Shown here one piece after another: positions 40,767 through 49,934 of a stretch of 64,000 nucleotides of DNA. Position numbers and translations under genes: made by a program. Below the pieces are notes generated by a model that was given only the letters and a program-made list of their open reading frames with translations, was not told where the DNA came from and did not search any database. Positions within the stretch are counted from its first letter, which is position 1; the number at the start of each line of letters is the position of its first letter. Origin of the DNA: Candidatus Poribacteria bacterium (GTDB lineage Bacteria; Poribacteria; WGA-4E; WGA-3G); the NCBI GenBank assembly GCA_965242965.1, contig OZ251518.1:896001-960000 (forward strand), given 5' to 3'.

Positions 40767-42317
40767 ATGGCACAAAAACCGATTATCACCGCCGATGCGG
40801 CGGCACAACTTGTGGAGAACGGGGATACCCTCGTCATCGGGGGAAGCGGCGCAGGGCACGCAATCCCCGAAACGCTCATCGAGGCACTCGGCAAACGTTT
40901 CCGGGCATCACTTCAGCCGCGCGACTTGACGGTTGTCCACGTCAGCGGCATGGGGGACCAGGGTGAACGCGGCCTCGGTCACCTCGCCGATGCGCGTCTG
41001 ATTAAACGCGACATCGGTGGGCATTGGGGAATGTCGCGCGTGATGACAGAATTGGCTGTCGCTAACCAGATTGAGGCGTATAACCTTCCGCAAGGCGTGC
41101 TGTCGTGTTTGATGCGGAGTATCGCCGCCGGCGCGCCGGGTTACATCACGCATGTCGGCTTACATACCTTCGTCGATCCTCGCTTGGAAGGAGGCAAACT
41201 CAACCCTCGCACGACAGAGGAGTTGGTGGAGGTTGTCACCTTGCGCGGGAAGGAATACCTCTTTTATCCCAGTTTTCCGGTGGATATCGCCTTCGTGCGC
41301 GGGACAACGGCGGATGCTGAACGGAACATCTCCATGGAGGAAGAGGTTGCGTATTTCGAGATGCTTTCGGTTGCACAGGCGGCGAAAAATTCGGGTGGCA
41401 AGGTTATCGCCCAGGTCAAACGGACGGTGCCGAGGCGCGCCCTCGATCCGCGCAGCGTAAAAATCCCCGGTATTTTTGTCGATGCCTTAGTCCTCGCACC
41501 AGAGCAACGGCAGACTTACCAGATCGACTATAACCCGGCATTGTGCGGCGACGCGCGCGAGGGGGAACTCAGCATGGGCATTCTTCCTTTTGACGAACGC
41601 AAAGTGATTACCAAGCGCGCCGCCATGGAATTGCGTCCGTATGCCGTTGTCAATCTCGGCTTTGGGATGCCGTTCGGTGTCGGTATGATAGCCGAGGAGA
41701 GCGGGATTCGGGACAGAATTACGTTGAGCATTGAGCAAGGCAGTTTAGGCGGTGTCCCTGCGGGCGGCTTGGATTCCGGGGCGATGTTCTATCCGGTGGC
41801 AATCCTCGATCAGCCGTATCAATTCGATGCCTATCAAGGCGGCGGCATCGACATCGCCTTCTTGTCGCATGCGCAGGTGGATAGACACGGCAATGTCAAC
41901 GTTAGCAAGTTCGGGAATCGCATTCCCGGCTGTGGCGGTTTCATTGACATTTCACAAAATGCGAAAAAGGTAGTCTTTTGTGGCACCCTCGCCGTGAAAG
42001 CGGCGTTATCGATTTCCGACAGAAAACTCTGCGTGCTGAAGGAAGGCATCCCCAAATTTGTCAACGATGTTGAGCAAATCACGTTTAGCGGCCGGTATGC
42101 GCGGGAGACAGGGCAGTCAGTCTTCTATGTAACAGAGCGCGCCGTATTTCAGTTGACTGAGTCAGGCATTGCCTTGCGCGAAGTCGCGCCGGGTGTGGAT
42201 ATCCGACGCGACGTTTTGGATGCGATTGAATTCGCTCCGATTGTTGGAGATGATGTTGGGATAATGGATGCGCGAGTCTTTGCGGATGTGGCATTGGAGT
42301 TCCGGGATTTTTGTTGA
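40767..42317 (+). CDS. Acyl-CoA:acetate/3-ketoacid CoA transferase (YdiF/propionate CoA-transferase type)
   Basis: IEAYNLPQG, GLHTFVDPR, VNLGFGMP, IEQG (catalytic Glu), GNVNVSKF, GGFIDISQ, TERAVF. Confidence 0.9.
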   Translation: MAQKPIITADAAAQLVENGDTLVIGGSGAGHAIPETLIEALGKRFRASLQPRDLTVVHVSGMGDQGERGLGHLADARLIKRDIGGHWGMSRVMTELAVANQIEAYNLPQGVLSCLMRSIAAGAPGYITHVGLHTFVDPRLEGGKLNPRTTEELVEVVTLRGKEYLFYPSFPVDIAFVRGTTADAERNISMEEEVAYFEMLSVAQAAKNSGGKVIAQVKRTVPRRALDPRSVKIPGIFVDALVLAPEQRQTYQIDYNPALCGDAREGELSMGILPFDERKVITKRAAMELRPYAVVNLGFGMPFGVGMIAEESGIRDRITLSIEQGSLGGVPAGGLDSGAMFYPVAILDQPYQFDAYQGGGIDIAFLSHAQVDRHGNVNVSKFGNRIPGCGGFIDISQNAKKVVFCGTLAVKAALSISDRKLCVLKEGIPKFVNDVEQITFSGRYARETGQSVFYVTERAVFQLTESGIALREVAPGVDIRRDVLDAIEFAPIVGDDVGIMDARVFADVALEFRDFC

Positions 42318-42338
42318 TAGGCAGAGACCGTCCCCATA

Positions 42339-42945
42339 CCGTAGGGCGAGGGCCTGTCCCTCGCCGTGCATCGATTTCCCCAAGCAATGCGGCTGCGGCT
42401 GGTTTTCTATATGACCGAGCGATCGCGGGGGACAGGCCCCCGCGCTACGATGAACAGAGACTGTCCCGTTACCGTAGGGCGAGGGCCTGTCCCTCGCCAT
42501 GCTGCGATCTGCCCAAGCAACGTCTGTAACCGCGTGGCTGCGGCTGGTTTTCTATATGACCGAGCGATCGCGGGGGACAGGCCCCCGCGCTACAGGTAGG
42601 CGGAGACCGTCTCCTTACCGTAGGGCGAGGGCCTGTCCCTCGCCATGCTGCGATCTGCCCAAGCAACGTCTGTAACCGCGTGGCTGCGGCTGGTTTTCTA
42701 TATGACCGAGCGATCGCGGGGGACAGGCCCCCGCGCTACGATGAATAGAGACCCTCCCTTCACCGTAGGGCGAGGGCCTGTCCCTCGCCATGCATCGGTC
42801 GGAACGAGAAATAGCCTGGGTCTGCGTGCCCGGGGCACGCCACAGCCGCGCCGACGCACCAGAGATCTAATCCTGTGAAATCCTGTTAATCTTGTAAATC
42901 CTGCTCATCTCTTGCTAATCCTGCTAATCGTGTAAATCCTGCTCC
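42339..42945. repeat. Three tandem ~140-bp REPIN units followed by AATCCTG repeats
   Basis: Unit = GTAGGGCGAGGG..CCCTCGCC + spacer containing GGCTGCGGCTGGTTTTCTATATGACCGAGCG + ATCGCGGGGGACAGGCCCCCGCGCTAC. Confidence 0.92.
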
Positions 42946-42950
42946 AAAAT

Positions 42951-42979
42951 TTGACATTTGCCCCAAAATGTGGTAAAAT
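42951..42979 (+). promoter_or_regulatory. sigma70-type promoter of cimA
   Basis: TTGACA, 17 nt, TAAAAT with TGn. Confidence 0.65.
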
Positions 42980-43019
42980 ATAATCAATAGTAACCAAAAG
43001 GAGACACCCAACTGCAAAA

Positions 43020-44609
43020 ATGGTCGACTTTTATGACACAACACTCAGGGACGGCAGCCAAGCGGAAGGTGTCGCGTTCTCTGTCGAAGATAAACTTATC
43101 ATCATTGAGGCACTGGACCGGCTCGGTATCCGCTATATTGAAGGCGGATATCCCGGCTCCAACCCGAAAGATATAGAATTTTTTAAGCGAGCGAAGGGAC
43201 TGGCGTTGGAAAACGCCACGGTTGTCCCGTTCGGAAGCACGCGGTATCCGACATTCGCGCCTGACGAAGATCCGAACTTGTCCGCGCTGCTTGACACCGG
43301 CGCGCGCACCGTCACGATTTTTGGCAAAACGTGGCGGCTCCACGCCACGGAAGTCCTCCGCGTGACAGCGAAGGCGAATCTGGAACTAATCGAGAGTTCA
43401 GTGCGGTATCTTCGCGAAAACGGCAGAGAAGTGATTTACGACGCGGAGCACTTCTTCGATGGCTACGCCGATGACTCGGCATACGCGCTGGAGACGCTAC
43501 ACGCAGCGGCAGCAGGCGGCGCGCAATGTATCGTCCTCTGTGATACCAACGGCGGCAGACTGCCTTTTGAAATTCAGGCAGGGGTGCATGCGGCGAAGGA
43601 GTCAGTGGTGCCGCTGCCTATCGGCATCCACGCGCACAACGACGCGGGCATGGGCGCGGCGAACTCTGTCTTGGCAGTGCAAGCCGGCGCAACTCACGTG
43701 CAAGGCACGTTCAACGGATATGGCGAACGGTGCGGCAACGCGAATCTCGCATCTATCATCCCAACAATTCAACTGAAATTGGGGAGAGCATGCCTCACGG
43801 AAAACCAATTGAAAGGGTTAACGGGTGTCTCGCGGTTGATTAGCGAACTGGCGAACCTGCCGCATGACGAACGACAGCCTTACGTCGGACGTTCCGCGTT
43901 CGCGCACAAAGGCGGATTACACACGGATGCCATCCGAAAAAACCGCTTGACTTACGAACACATCGAACCGGAACGCGTCGGGAATACGCAACGCATCCTC
44001 GTGTCAGACCAGGCGGGACGCGGCACTATCATCAAAAAGATTGAGAAGGAATACCCGAACTACGACAAAAATTCGCCTCAAGTCTTGGAGTTGTTTGAAA
44101 AGGTCAAGCAGGCGGAACGCGCCGGGTATCAGTATGAAGCCGCGGAGGCATCGTTTGAACTCCTCGCGCGCAAGGTGTTTAACGGGCATGCACCCTTCTT
44201 TGAATTTCTCGGTTATCGTGTCATCATCGAGAAATTCAGTGACCACACGATGCGCGCCGAAGCGACGATAAAAGTCGCCATGCCGCAGGGACAAGAAGTG
44301 CATACCGCCGCCGATGGCGATGGCCCTGTCAACGCGCTTGACAACGCGCTTCGGAAAGCATTGGAATATGCCTATCCATCGTTGCAGGTGGTGAGGCTCA
44401 TCGATTACAAAGTGCGCGCGCTGGATACCAAAGCCGGAACCAGCTCAAAAGTGCGCGTGCTTATTGAAGTCAGCGATGGCGAGGCGACCTGGCGTACCGT
44501 CGGGGTTTCGGAGAATAGCATCTCCGCCAGCTGCGAGGCGTTGATTGATAGTTTTGAGTATAAACTCTACATGGACAAGGATGCCACGGAGGCCGCGGGA
44601 GTCAAATAG
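43020..44609 (+). CDS. cimA: Citramalate synthase (LeuA family, CimA type)
   Basis: YDTTLRDGSQAEG, GGYPGSNPKD, HAHND, GYGERCGNANL, AFAHKGGLH, GDGPVNALD regulatory domain. Confidence 0.85.
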   Translation: MVDFYDTTLRDGSQAEGVAFSVEDKLIIIEALDRLGIRYIEGGYPGSNPKDIEFFKRAKGLALENATVVPFGSTRYPTFAPDEDPNLSALLDTGARTVTIFGKTWRLHATEVLRVTAKANLELIESSVRYLRENGREVIYDAEHFFDGYADDSAYALETLHAAAAGGAQCIVLCDTNGGRLPFEIQAGVHAAKESVVPLPIGIHAHNDAGMGAANSVLAVQAGATHVQGTFNGYGERCGNANLASIIPTIQLKLGRACLTENQLKGLTGVSRLISELANLPHDERQPYVGRSAFAHKGGLHTDAIRKNRLTYEHIEPERVGNTQRILVSDQAGRGTIIKKIEKEYPNYDKNSPQVLELFEKVKQAERAGYQYEAAEASFELLARKVFNGHAPFFEFLGYRVIIEKFSDHTMRAEATIKVAMPQGQEVHTAADGDGPVNALDNALRKALEYAYPSLQVVRLIDYKVRALDTKAGTSSKVRVLIEVSDGEATWRTVGVSENSISASCEALIDSFEYKLYMDKDATEAAGVK

Positions 44610-44621
44610 GGGGAGTGAAAC

Positions 44622-45164
44622 ATGGGGAATTTGGCACAGATTGAGCAGGCGGCGACGAAGATTATCGCGCTCTGTCAAAAGGAAAAACCGACGAAAACCG
44701 ACAAGCAGAAGATGCTCACGCTGCACGCCGACATCTTTAACGGCATCGAAAAACTTGCAGAATGCGAACGCTGTGGCGCGATTAGCGAGATGATTGTCAC
44801 GATGACGCTAGCGGAAGTGACAGCGAAGTTGTGCAAGGAGTGCGGTGTGAAGGCGTTGGAAACAGGGCAAATCCAGAAAACTGCCCCCCGGCGGCGGACG
44901 CGCCGCACGATGACATCAAAGCCGAAAGCCGAAACCGAAGCGCAGCAACCCGTATCTCCCGCGGAGTTGCACACCCGCGTTGAAGCGGAAACCGGCATTA
45001 AGAAGGCAGATGTCAAGCGCGTGCAGAAAATTTTAAACGACATCGCCACGCCGATGAGTCCAACGCACACCCTCACCTACGTCAAACGCGAGGTAGACAA
45101 CGCGAAGTTGAAGGTGGAGGCGGGGGCATTGGAAAAAGCGGTTGAGATGCTGATGGCGGGGTAG
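44622..45164 (+). CDS. Hypothetical protein with CxxC...CxxC (putative Zn ribbon) and an Arg-rich linker
   Basis: CERC, CKEC, PRRRTRR; GGGAG RBS right after cimA. Confidence 0.65.
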   Translation: MGNLAQIEQAATKIIALCQKEKPTKTDKQKMLTLHADIFNGIEKLAECERCGAISEMIVTMTLAEVTAKLCKECGVKALETGQIQKTAPRRRTRRTMTSKPKAETEAQQPVSPAELHTRVEAETGIKKADVKRVQKILNDIATPMSPTHTLTYVKREVDNAKLKVEAGALEKAVEMLMAG

Positions 45165-45218
45165 TCATCGTGTTCTTCGCAGGATACCGTTCCCTTGGAC
45201 AGCCATCGTTGTGTTCAC

Positions 45219-45588
45219 CGTAGGGCGAGGGCCTGTCCCTCGCCATGCCGTAGCGTCCATTTTTATCGTAGGGCTTGGGCCCTCGCATGCCACACGTGCA
45301 TGCGAGCGGGTTTCCCTCGCCACAACGATCGCGGGGGACAGGCCCCCGCGCTACGGTAGCGTGAAGTGTTCTTGCCTCGCGGGGGACAGCCATCGTTGTC
45401 ATCTTCGTAGGGCTTGGGCCCTCGCATGCCACACGCGCATGCGAGAGGGTTTCCCTCGCCATGCAGCGATCGCGGGGGACAGGCCCCCGCGCTACGGGCC
45501 GCGTGGGGTTTTTGCCTCGCGGGGGACAGGCCCCCGCGCTACGGGCCGCGTGGGGTTCTTGCCTCGCGGGGGACAGGCCCCCGCCATG
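45219..45588. repeat. REP mosaic cluster
   Basis: Tandem duplications of GTAG hairpins. Confidence 0.88.
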
Positions 45589-45638
45589 CAACGATCTAGC
45601 GGAATGTGCTTGGAAAAAATGCCCCGCGATAAAAAAAT

Positions 45639-45667
45639 TTGACAAATAAGATTCTATGTGGTATTAT
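45639..45667 (+). promoter_or_regulatory. sigma70-type promoter of the ferredoxin gene
   Basis: TTGACA, 17 nt, TATTAT with TGn. Confidence 0.62.
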
Positions 45668-45805
45668 TAATAATGTCCCTGAATCGCAACTCAGCTGACA
45701 GCGCGGTTTTCCGCAAATCCGACACCGTTTTTTGTATGTCCTTCATCAAGCCACCGGTTTGATGAAGGTTCTGATTCTAAACCGAGCGACAAGGAGTTTT
45801 CTCTC

Positions 45806-46063
45806 ATGACGTATGTAATTTGCGAACCTTGTGTTGACGTGAAGGACAGTGCATGCGTTGATGTGTGCCCTGTTGACTGCATTCACCCGCTGCCGGATGC
45901 CGAAGAGTTTGAAAAAGAAAAACAGCTCTTCATCGATCCGGAGGAGTGCATTGACTGCGGCGTTTGCGAGCCGGAATGCCCCGTGGAGGCAATCTTTATG
46001 GAAGAAGATGTGCCCGAGGAATGGGAGCATTTCATCGACATCAACGCCGACTACTTCGAGTAA
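45806..46063 (+). CDS. 4Fe-4S dicluster (FdxA-type) ferredoxin
   Basis: MTYVICEPC..VKD.ACVDVCPVDCI...IDPEECIDCGVCEPECPVEAI; AAGGAG RBS. Confidence 0.93.
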   Translation: MTYVICEPCVDVKDSACVDVCPVDCIHPLPDAEEFEKEKQLFIDPEECIDCGVCEPECPVEAIFMEEDVPEEWEHFIDINADYFE

Positions 46064-46071
46064 CGCTAACG

Positions 46072-46245
46072 AGGCGCGCTGCAAGAGCGCGCCTCGCATC
46101 ATCGGTTATCGTCGCGCGCTGAAAAGCGCGCTCACGGTAATCGGTTGTCCCGCACCATGTAGCAATCCCAACGAGACCGGGAGGGCTCGCATACTGTCGA
46201 GACCAGGAGGTCTCTCCTACCGTCGAGACCGGGAGGGCTCGCCTA
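46072..46245. repeat. Small REP cluster
   Basis: Three CGAGACCRGGAGGKCTC copies plus a GCGCGC hairpin. Confidence 0.75.
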
Positions 46246-46274
46246 CTGCGCGCCCGAACAGGTTGTCCCACACC

Positions 46275-46598
46275 ATGCAGCAATTCCAACCTACCGAACT
46301 CAAAAGAACGAGCGACGGTTTGGCTGTGAGCTGGAAAGATTCGCGCCACAGCAAACTCTCCTACCAGCTCCTCCGGGAGAAATGCCCGTGTGCCCGGTGT
46401 GAAGCGACACGCACCGGAAAAAACCCACTCCACATTTTGCCGTCCGCAGTTTTCTATGAAAACCTCACACTTGTGGACATTCAGCGGGTGGGACGTTACG
46501 CCGTGCGCCTTATCTGGAACGATGGACATCGCACCGGCATCTATACCTTTCAGTTTTTGCGCGAACTCGCCGATGCTAACAGCGAACGGACGACGTAG
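46275..46598 (+). CDS. DUF971 / GBBH-like N-terminal domain protein
   Basis: VSWKD...LREKCPCARC...VGRYAVRLIWNDGHRTGIYTFQFLR. Confidence 0.85.
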   Translation: MQQFQPTELKRTSDGLAVSWKDSRHSKLSYQLLREKCPCARCEATRTGKNPLHILPSAVFYENLTLVDIQRVGRYAVRLIWNDGHRTGIYTFQFLRELADANSERTT

Positions 46599-47137
46599 CA
46601 ATTCGGCGTTTTTCGGGTGGCACCCAGTGCCGCACTGAGCTCCCTGCACTGCCGCCAATAGTGCGCGTAATTGAGCGGCTTATAGTCGCGCCGCTGCCCG
46701 ATGAACGTTTTGTGGCAGCACGCCAATTCTCTCCCGTTATCCATCGGATAGCCCCAGACGCGACAGATAACCGGCCGGTGTTCATAGACGGCGCACACTC
46801 CACCGAGCAACATTGGACATTCTGCCTCAGGAGTGCCTCGAATTGTCTCTAGCACCGTCATGCCCGATGCCGGTGTGGCATTTGCCTCGTCGTAACCGAG
46901 TGCCTCAAGCCGGCTGATAGTCCGTTCCGCTTTCTGATGAATATGCGCGCGAATTTCGGCAGGCAGTGCATCCAAACCTTCTTGCAGATGGCGTGCCTCA
47001 ACCTCGCTGATTGCCATTGTCGCGGTGTTCTTGCAACAGTCAAAGCAGTTTGCAGGGCACGGCAATCTCCCATATTCTCCGCGGAGCCGCTGCACGTCTC
47101 GCGTAATTTCGGTGACAAGTTCGCGATAAGTTTGCAT
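46550..47137 (-). CDS. YkgJ-family cysteine-cluster protein
   Basis: CPANCFDCC ... CPML..GVCAVYEHRPVICR; 3' end overlaps the DUF971 gene. Confidence 0.85.
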   Translation of the reverse strand: MQTYRELVTEITRDVQRLRGEYGRLPCPANCFDCCKNTATMAISEVEARHLQEGLDALPAEIRAHIHQKAERTISRLEALGYDEANATPASGMTVLETIRGTPEAECPMLLGGVCAVYEHRPVICRVWGYPMDNGRELACCHKTFIGQRRDYKPLNYAHYWRQCRELSAALGATRKTPNCYVVRSLLASASSRKN

Positions 47138-47150
47138 GATAGTCCCCGAA

Positions 47151-48098
47151 TTAGAACTCTCCGGTGGCACGGAGTGCCTTGAAATCGTAGAGCGCGTGCT
47201 GGAAGACGACGACCTTGGCACCGTTCTCCAAGATGAGTTTAATCTCGTAGGGGCTCACCCAGTCTATCGTCCCGCGAAAGATTTCACCCTCGCGAAGCGT
47301 CACCTCAATCACCTCACCGTTTTTGCGAGCGTTCCGCACCTGTTCTGCATCCAGCGCATACCCTTTTTCACTGGACTCAACTGGCTGCAATTGCTGTGCC
47401 TTGACACCCGCGTCTATGTCCATCGATGCCTGCACTTTCACGGCATCAATGTCTTTGTAACAGAATTTCACGTCTGTCTTGGCGAAAACCTGTTCCTGCC
47501 CGTTGCAGTTCAGCGTGAAACTGGTGAGCGTCATTTCCAAGACGATAGCCGGGAGCTCCCTCTGGTTATACAACGCAAAAAACATGGAGGTTTCAAGGTT
47601 AATCTGCTTCAGGATGTAAAGATCACCGAAACTCAGCTGCTTATTTGCGGCCTGTTCAGGAGACTGCGCGCGCGGCGATGCATCGCGCGGTTCTGCCCGC
47701 TCTTTCGGTGCAGGTGCCGCGGCTTTTTCTGCCTTCGGTTGCCGCCGCTGTGCAGAGGGTTGCCGCTGCCCGGATGACGTTCCGGCGTTCGTTTCCTCTT
47801 CCGCGAAGAATCCCTGGTTCTGGCCAGGAAAGCCGGCGTAACCGCGCGGAATAATCGCCTTCCCTTGCCGCAGCCAACGGCGTTCTGTCGGCGTAAGCAG
47901 CACCTCAACGTCTTGAGCAACGAGCCCCTTCTCGCCTTCAACAACGTTATACCGCACGCGCTGCCCGATGCGCAACTCTTCGTATTCCGGCCGCTGAATC
48001 GCCGAACTGTGTAAGAAGACATCCGCATCGCTGCTATCCTGCGCGATGAAACCGAAGCCCTTATCAAAATTGTAATACTTAATCCGTCCTGTAGGCAT
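47151..48098 (-). CDS. Cold-shock domain fused to two predicted Sm/Hfq-like domains
   Basis: GRIKYYNFDKGFGFI..DVFLHSSAI (RNP1/RNP2); C-terminal IEVTLREGEIFRGTIDWVSPYEIKL...VVVFQHAL resembles Hfq. Confidence 0.75.
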   Translation of the reverse strand: MPTGRIKYYNFDKGFGFIAQDSSDADVFLHSSAIQRPEYEELRIGQRVRYNVVEGEKGLVAQDVEVLLTPTERRWLRQGKAIIPRGYAGFPGQNQGFFAEEETNAGTSSGQRQPSAQRRQPKAEKAAAPAPKERAEPRDASPRAQSPEQAANKQLSFGDLYILKQINLETSMFFALYNQRELPAIVLEMTLTSFTLNCNGQEQVFAKTDVKFCYKDIDAVKVQASMDIDAGVKAQQLQPVESSEKGYALDAEQVRNARKNGEVIEVTLREGEIFRGTIDWVSPYEIKLILENGAKVVVFQHALYDFKALRATGEF

Positions 48099-48202
48099 AA
48101 TCGACTCCTGTGTTCCTCCTCCACTTCAGGAAGGTGCCTATCGTCGTTTGCACGTTGCAAACCGCGTGCGCCCGCACCTGCAACGAGCCGGTCTTTTTTT
48201 TC

Positions 48203-48230
48203 TTGACATAAACCATTTTTCTGGTAGAAT
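48203..48230 (+). promoter_or_regulatory. sigma70-type promoter
   Basis: TTGACA, 16 nt, TAGAAT with TGn. Confidence 0.55.
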
Positions 48231-48321
48231 AAGGCAAAGGAGAGTATCCTATTCCTCTACAAACTATTTTAACCGATTTTGCCTTAATTGTCAACTAAAA
48301 TCTGCAAAGGAGAATTTTATC

Positions 48322-49608
48322 GTGACTGATTTGACGCATCACATTCAGACTATCCGTCTCGTTGACACACATGAACACATGCGCCGAGAGAACGACTGGG
48401 TAGAAAACGGACCCGATATTCTGCAGGACTTGTTCGGTAACTACGTCCCCGCTGATCTCCACACGGCGGGTGCATCCCCTGAAGCGATGCGGAACCTGAT
48501 GGACGCGTCGCAGGATGTCGCCGAGCGGTTTGATGGCATCCGTGACGCATGGGAGGCGACACAATTCACCAGCTACGGCGAAGCCGTGCGCATCATCGCC
48601 AAGGATATCTATGGGCTCGATGAACTCACTCGCCAGGGACTCGCCGATGCCCAAGATAAGTCAAAGGCTCTCCGAAGCCCAGGCGAACGTTACCGTATTC
48701 TCCACGATGTTGCCAATCTGGACCAGGTTCAAACCGACGATTTCAGTTGGCAGTGTCTTCCTGATACATCCGGGCTCGATTTTTTCCTCTACGATTTGTC
48801 GTGGGCGACGTTCTGCAATGGACAAGTCGACCCGGGTGCTATCCACGCCGAGACAGGTATTGATGTCACCGACCTCGGTTCGCTTAAGCGTAGCATGGAG
48901 GCAATTTTTGCCAAACACGCGCCCCTGGCCATTGCCGTGAAATCGCAACACGCCTATAACCGCACGCTCAATTGGATCGAACGCAGCGATGACGAGGCGG
49001 CGCGGGCACTCAACGCTGTGCTGACACGCGATGCCTCTGAGATTGACGAAGCGACGCGCCTCTGTCTCGGCGATTGGTGTTGGGCGCGCGGCGTGGAACT
49101 TACCATTGAGCACAATCTCCCGTTCAAGATTCACACCGGGTATTACGCTGGCAATGACAGGATGCCGCTCCGCCGCATTCCCGCGGGGAATATGTGCGCC
49201 TTGTTTGCCCGGTATCTCGATGCGAAGTTTGTCCTAATGCACATCGCCTATCCTTACAATGACGAACTCGTCGCGCTGGCGAAGCATTACCGCAATATCT
49301 GGGTAGACTTCTGCTGGGCGTGGAGCATCGATGCCTATAGTTCGCGCGATTTCCTGCGGCGATGCATCCATGCCGTGCCGTCAAACAAGTTGTTCGCCTT
49401 CGGCGGCGACACCGGCTGGCCCACGAGTGCGATGGCTTACGCAATTCAGGCGAGAAACGGAATCCGTCGCGCCTTGGAGGCAGAAATCGCTGACGGCTAC
49501 CTCACCGAAAAACAGGCGATGGCGTTTGCAACCCGCATCATGCACACGAACCAGTATGCCTGCTTTGATGTTGAAGGCACGCGTGCCAACATCCAGAAAG
49601 CCGCGTAG
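48322..49608 (+). CDS. Amidohydrolase family protein
   Basis: LVDTHEH, KIHTG, FVLMH.AYP, FGGD; AAGGAG RBS before GTG 48322. Confidence 0.85.
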   Translation: MTDLTHHIQTIRLVDTHEHMRRENDWVENGPDILQDLFGNYVPADLHTAGASPEAMRNLMDASQDVAERFDGIRDAWEATQFTSYGEAVRIIAKDIYGLDELTRQGLADAQDKSKALRSPGERYRILHDVANLDQVQTDDFSWQCLPDTSGLDFFLYDLSWATFCNGQVDPGAIHAETGIDVTDLGSLKRSMEAIFAKHAPLAIAVKSQHAYNRTLNWIERSDDEAARALNAVLTRDASEIDEATRLCLGDWCWARGVELTIEHNLPFKIHTGYYAGNDRMPLRRIPAGNMCALFARYLDAKFVLMHIAYPYNDELVALAKHYRNIWVDFCWAWSIDAYSSRDFLRRCIHAVPSNKLFAFGGDTGWPTSAMAYAIQARNGIRRALEAEIADGYLTEKQAMAFATRIMHTNQYACFDVEGTRANIQKAA

Positions 49609-49629
49609 CATCCGATACCGCCTTGGCCC

Positions 49630-49923
49630 GTGGCGCGGGGGCCTGTCCCCCGCGTCGCCGATGCCGTCTTGGCCCGTAGCGCGGGGGCCTGTCCCCCGCG
49701 ATCGTTGCATGCGAGAGACATGCCCTCGTCTTCCCGTAGGAGAGACCTCCCTGTCTCGATTGTCCTCCGCGTCGCCGATGCATGGCGAGGGAAACCCGCT
49801 CGCATGCGCGGATGGCATGCGAGGGCCCAAGCCCTACGCAGAAGGGACCGTTTTTTTCCGTAGCGCGGGGGCCTGTCCCCCGCGATCGTTGGCACGGCGA
49901 GAGACAACCCCTCGCCCTACGGT
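49630..49923. repeat. REP mosaic between convergent genes
   Basis: Multiple GTAG hairpin families. Confidence 0.88.
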
Positions 49924-49934
49924 AAGAGAACCGG

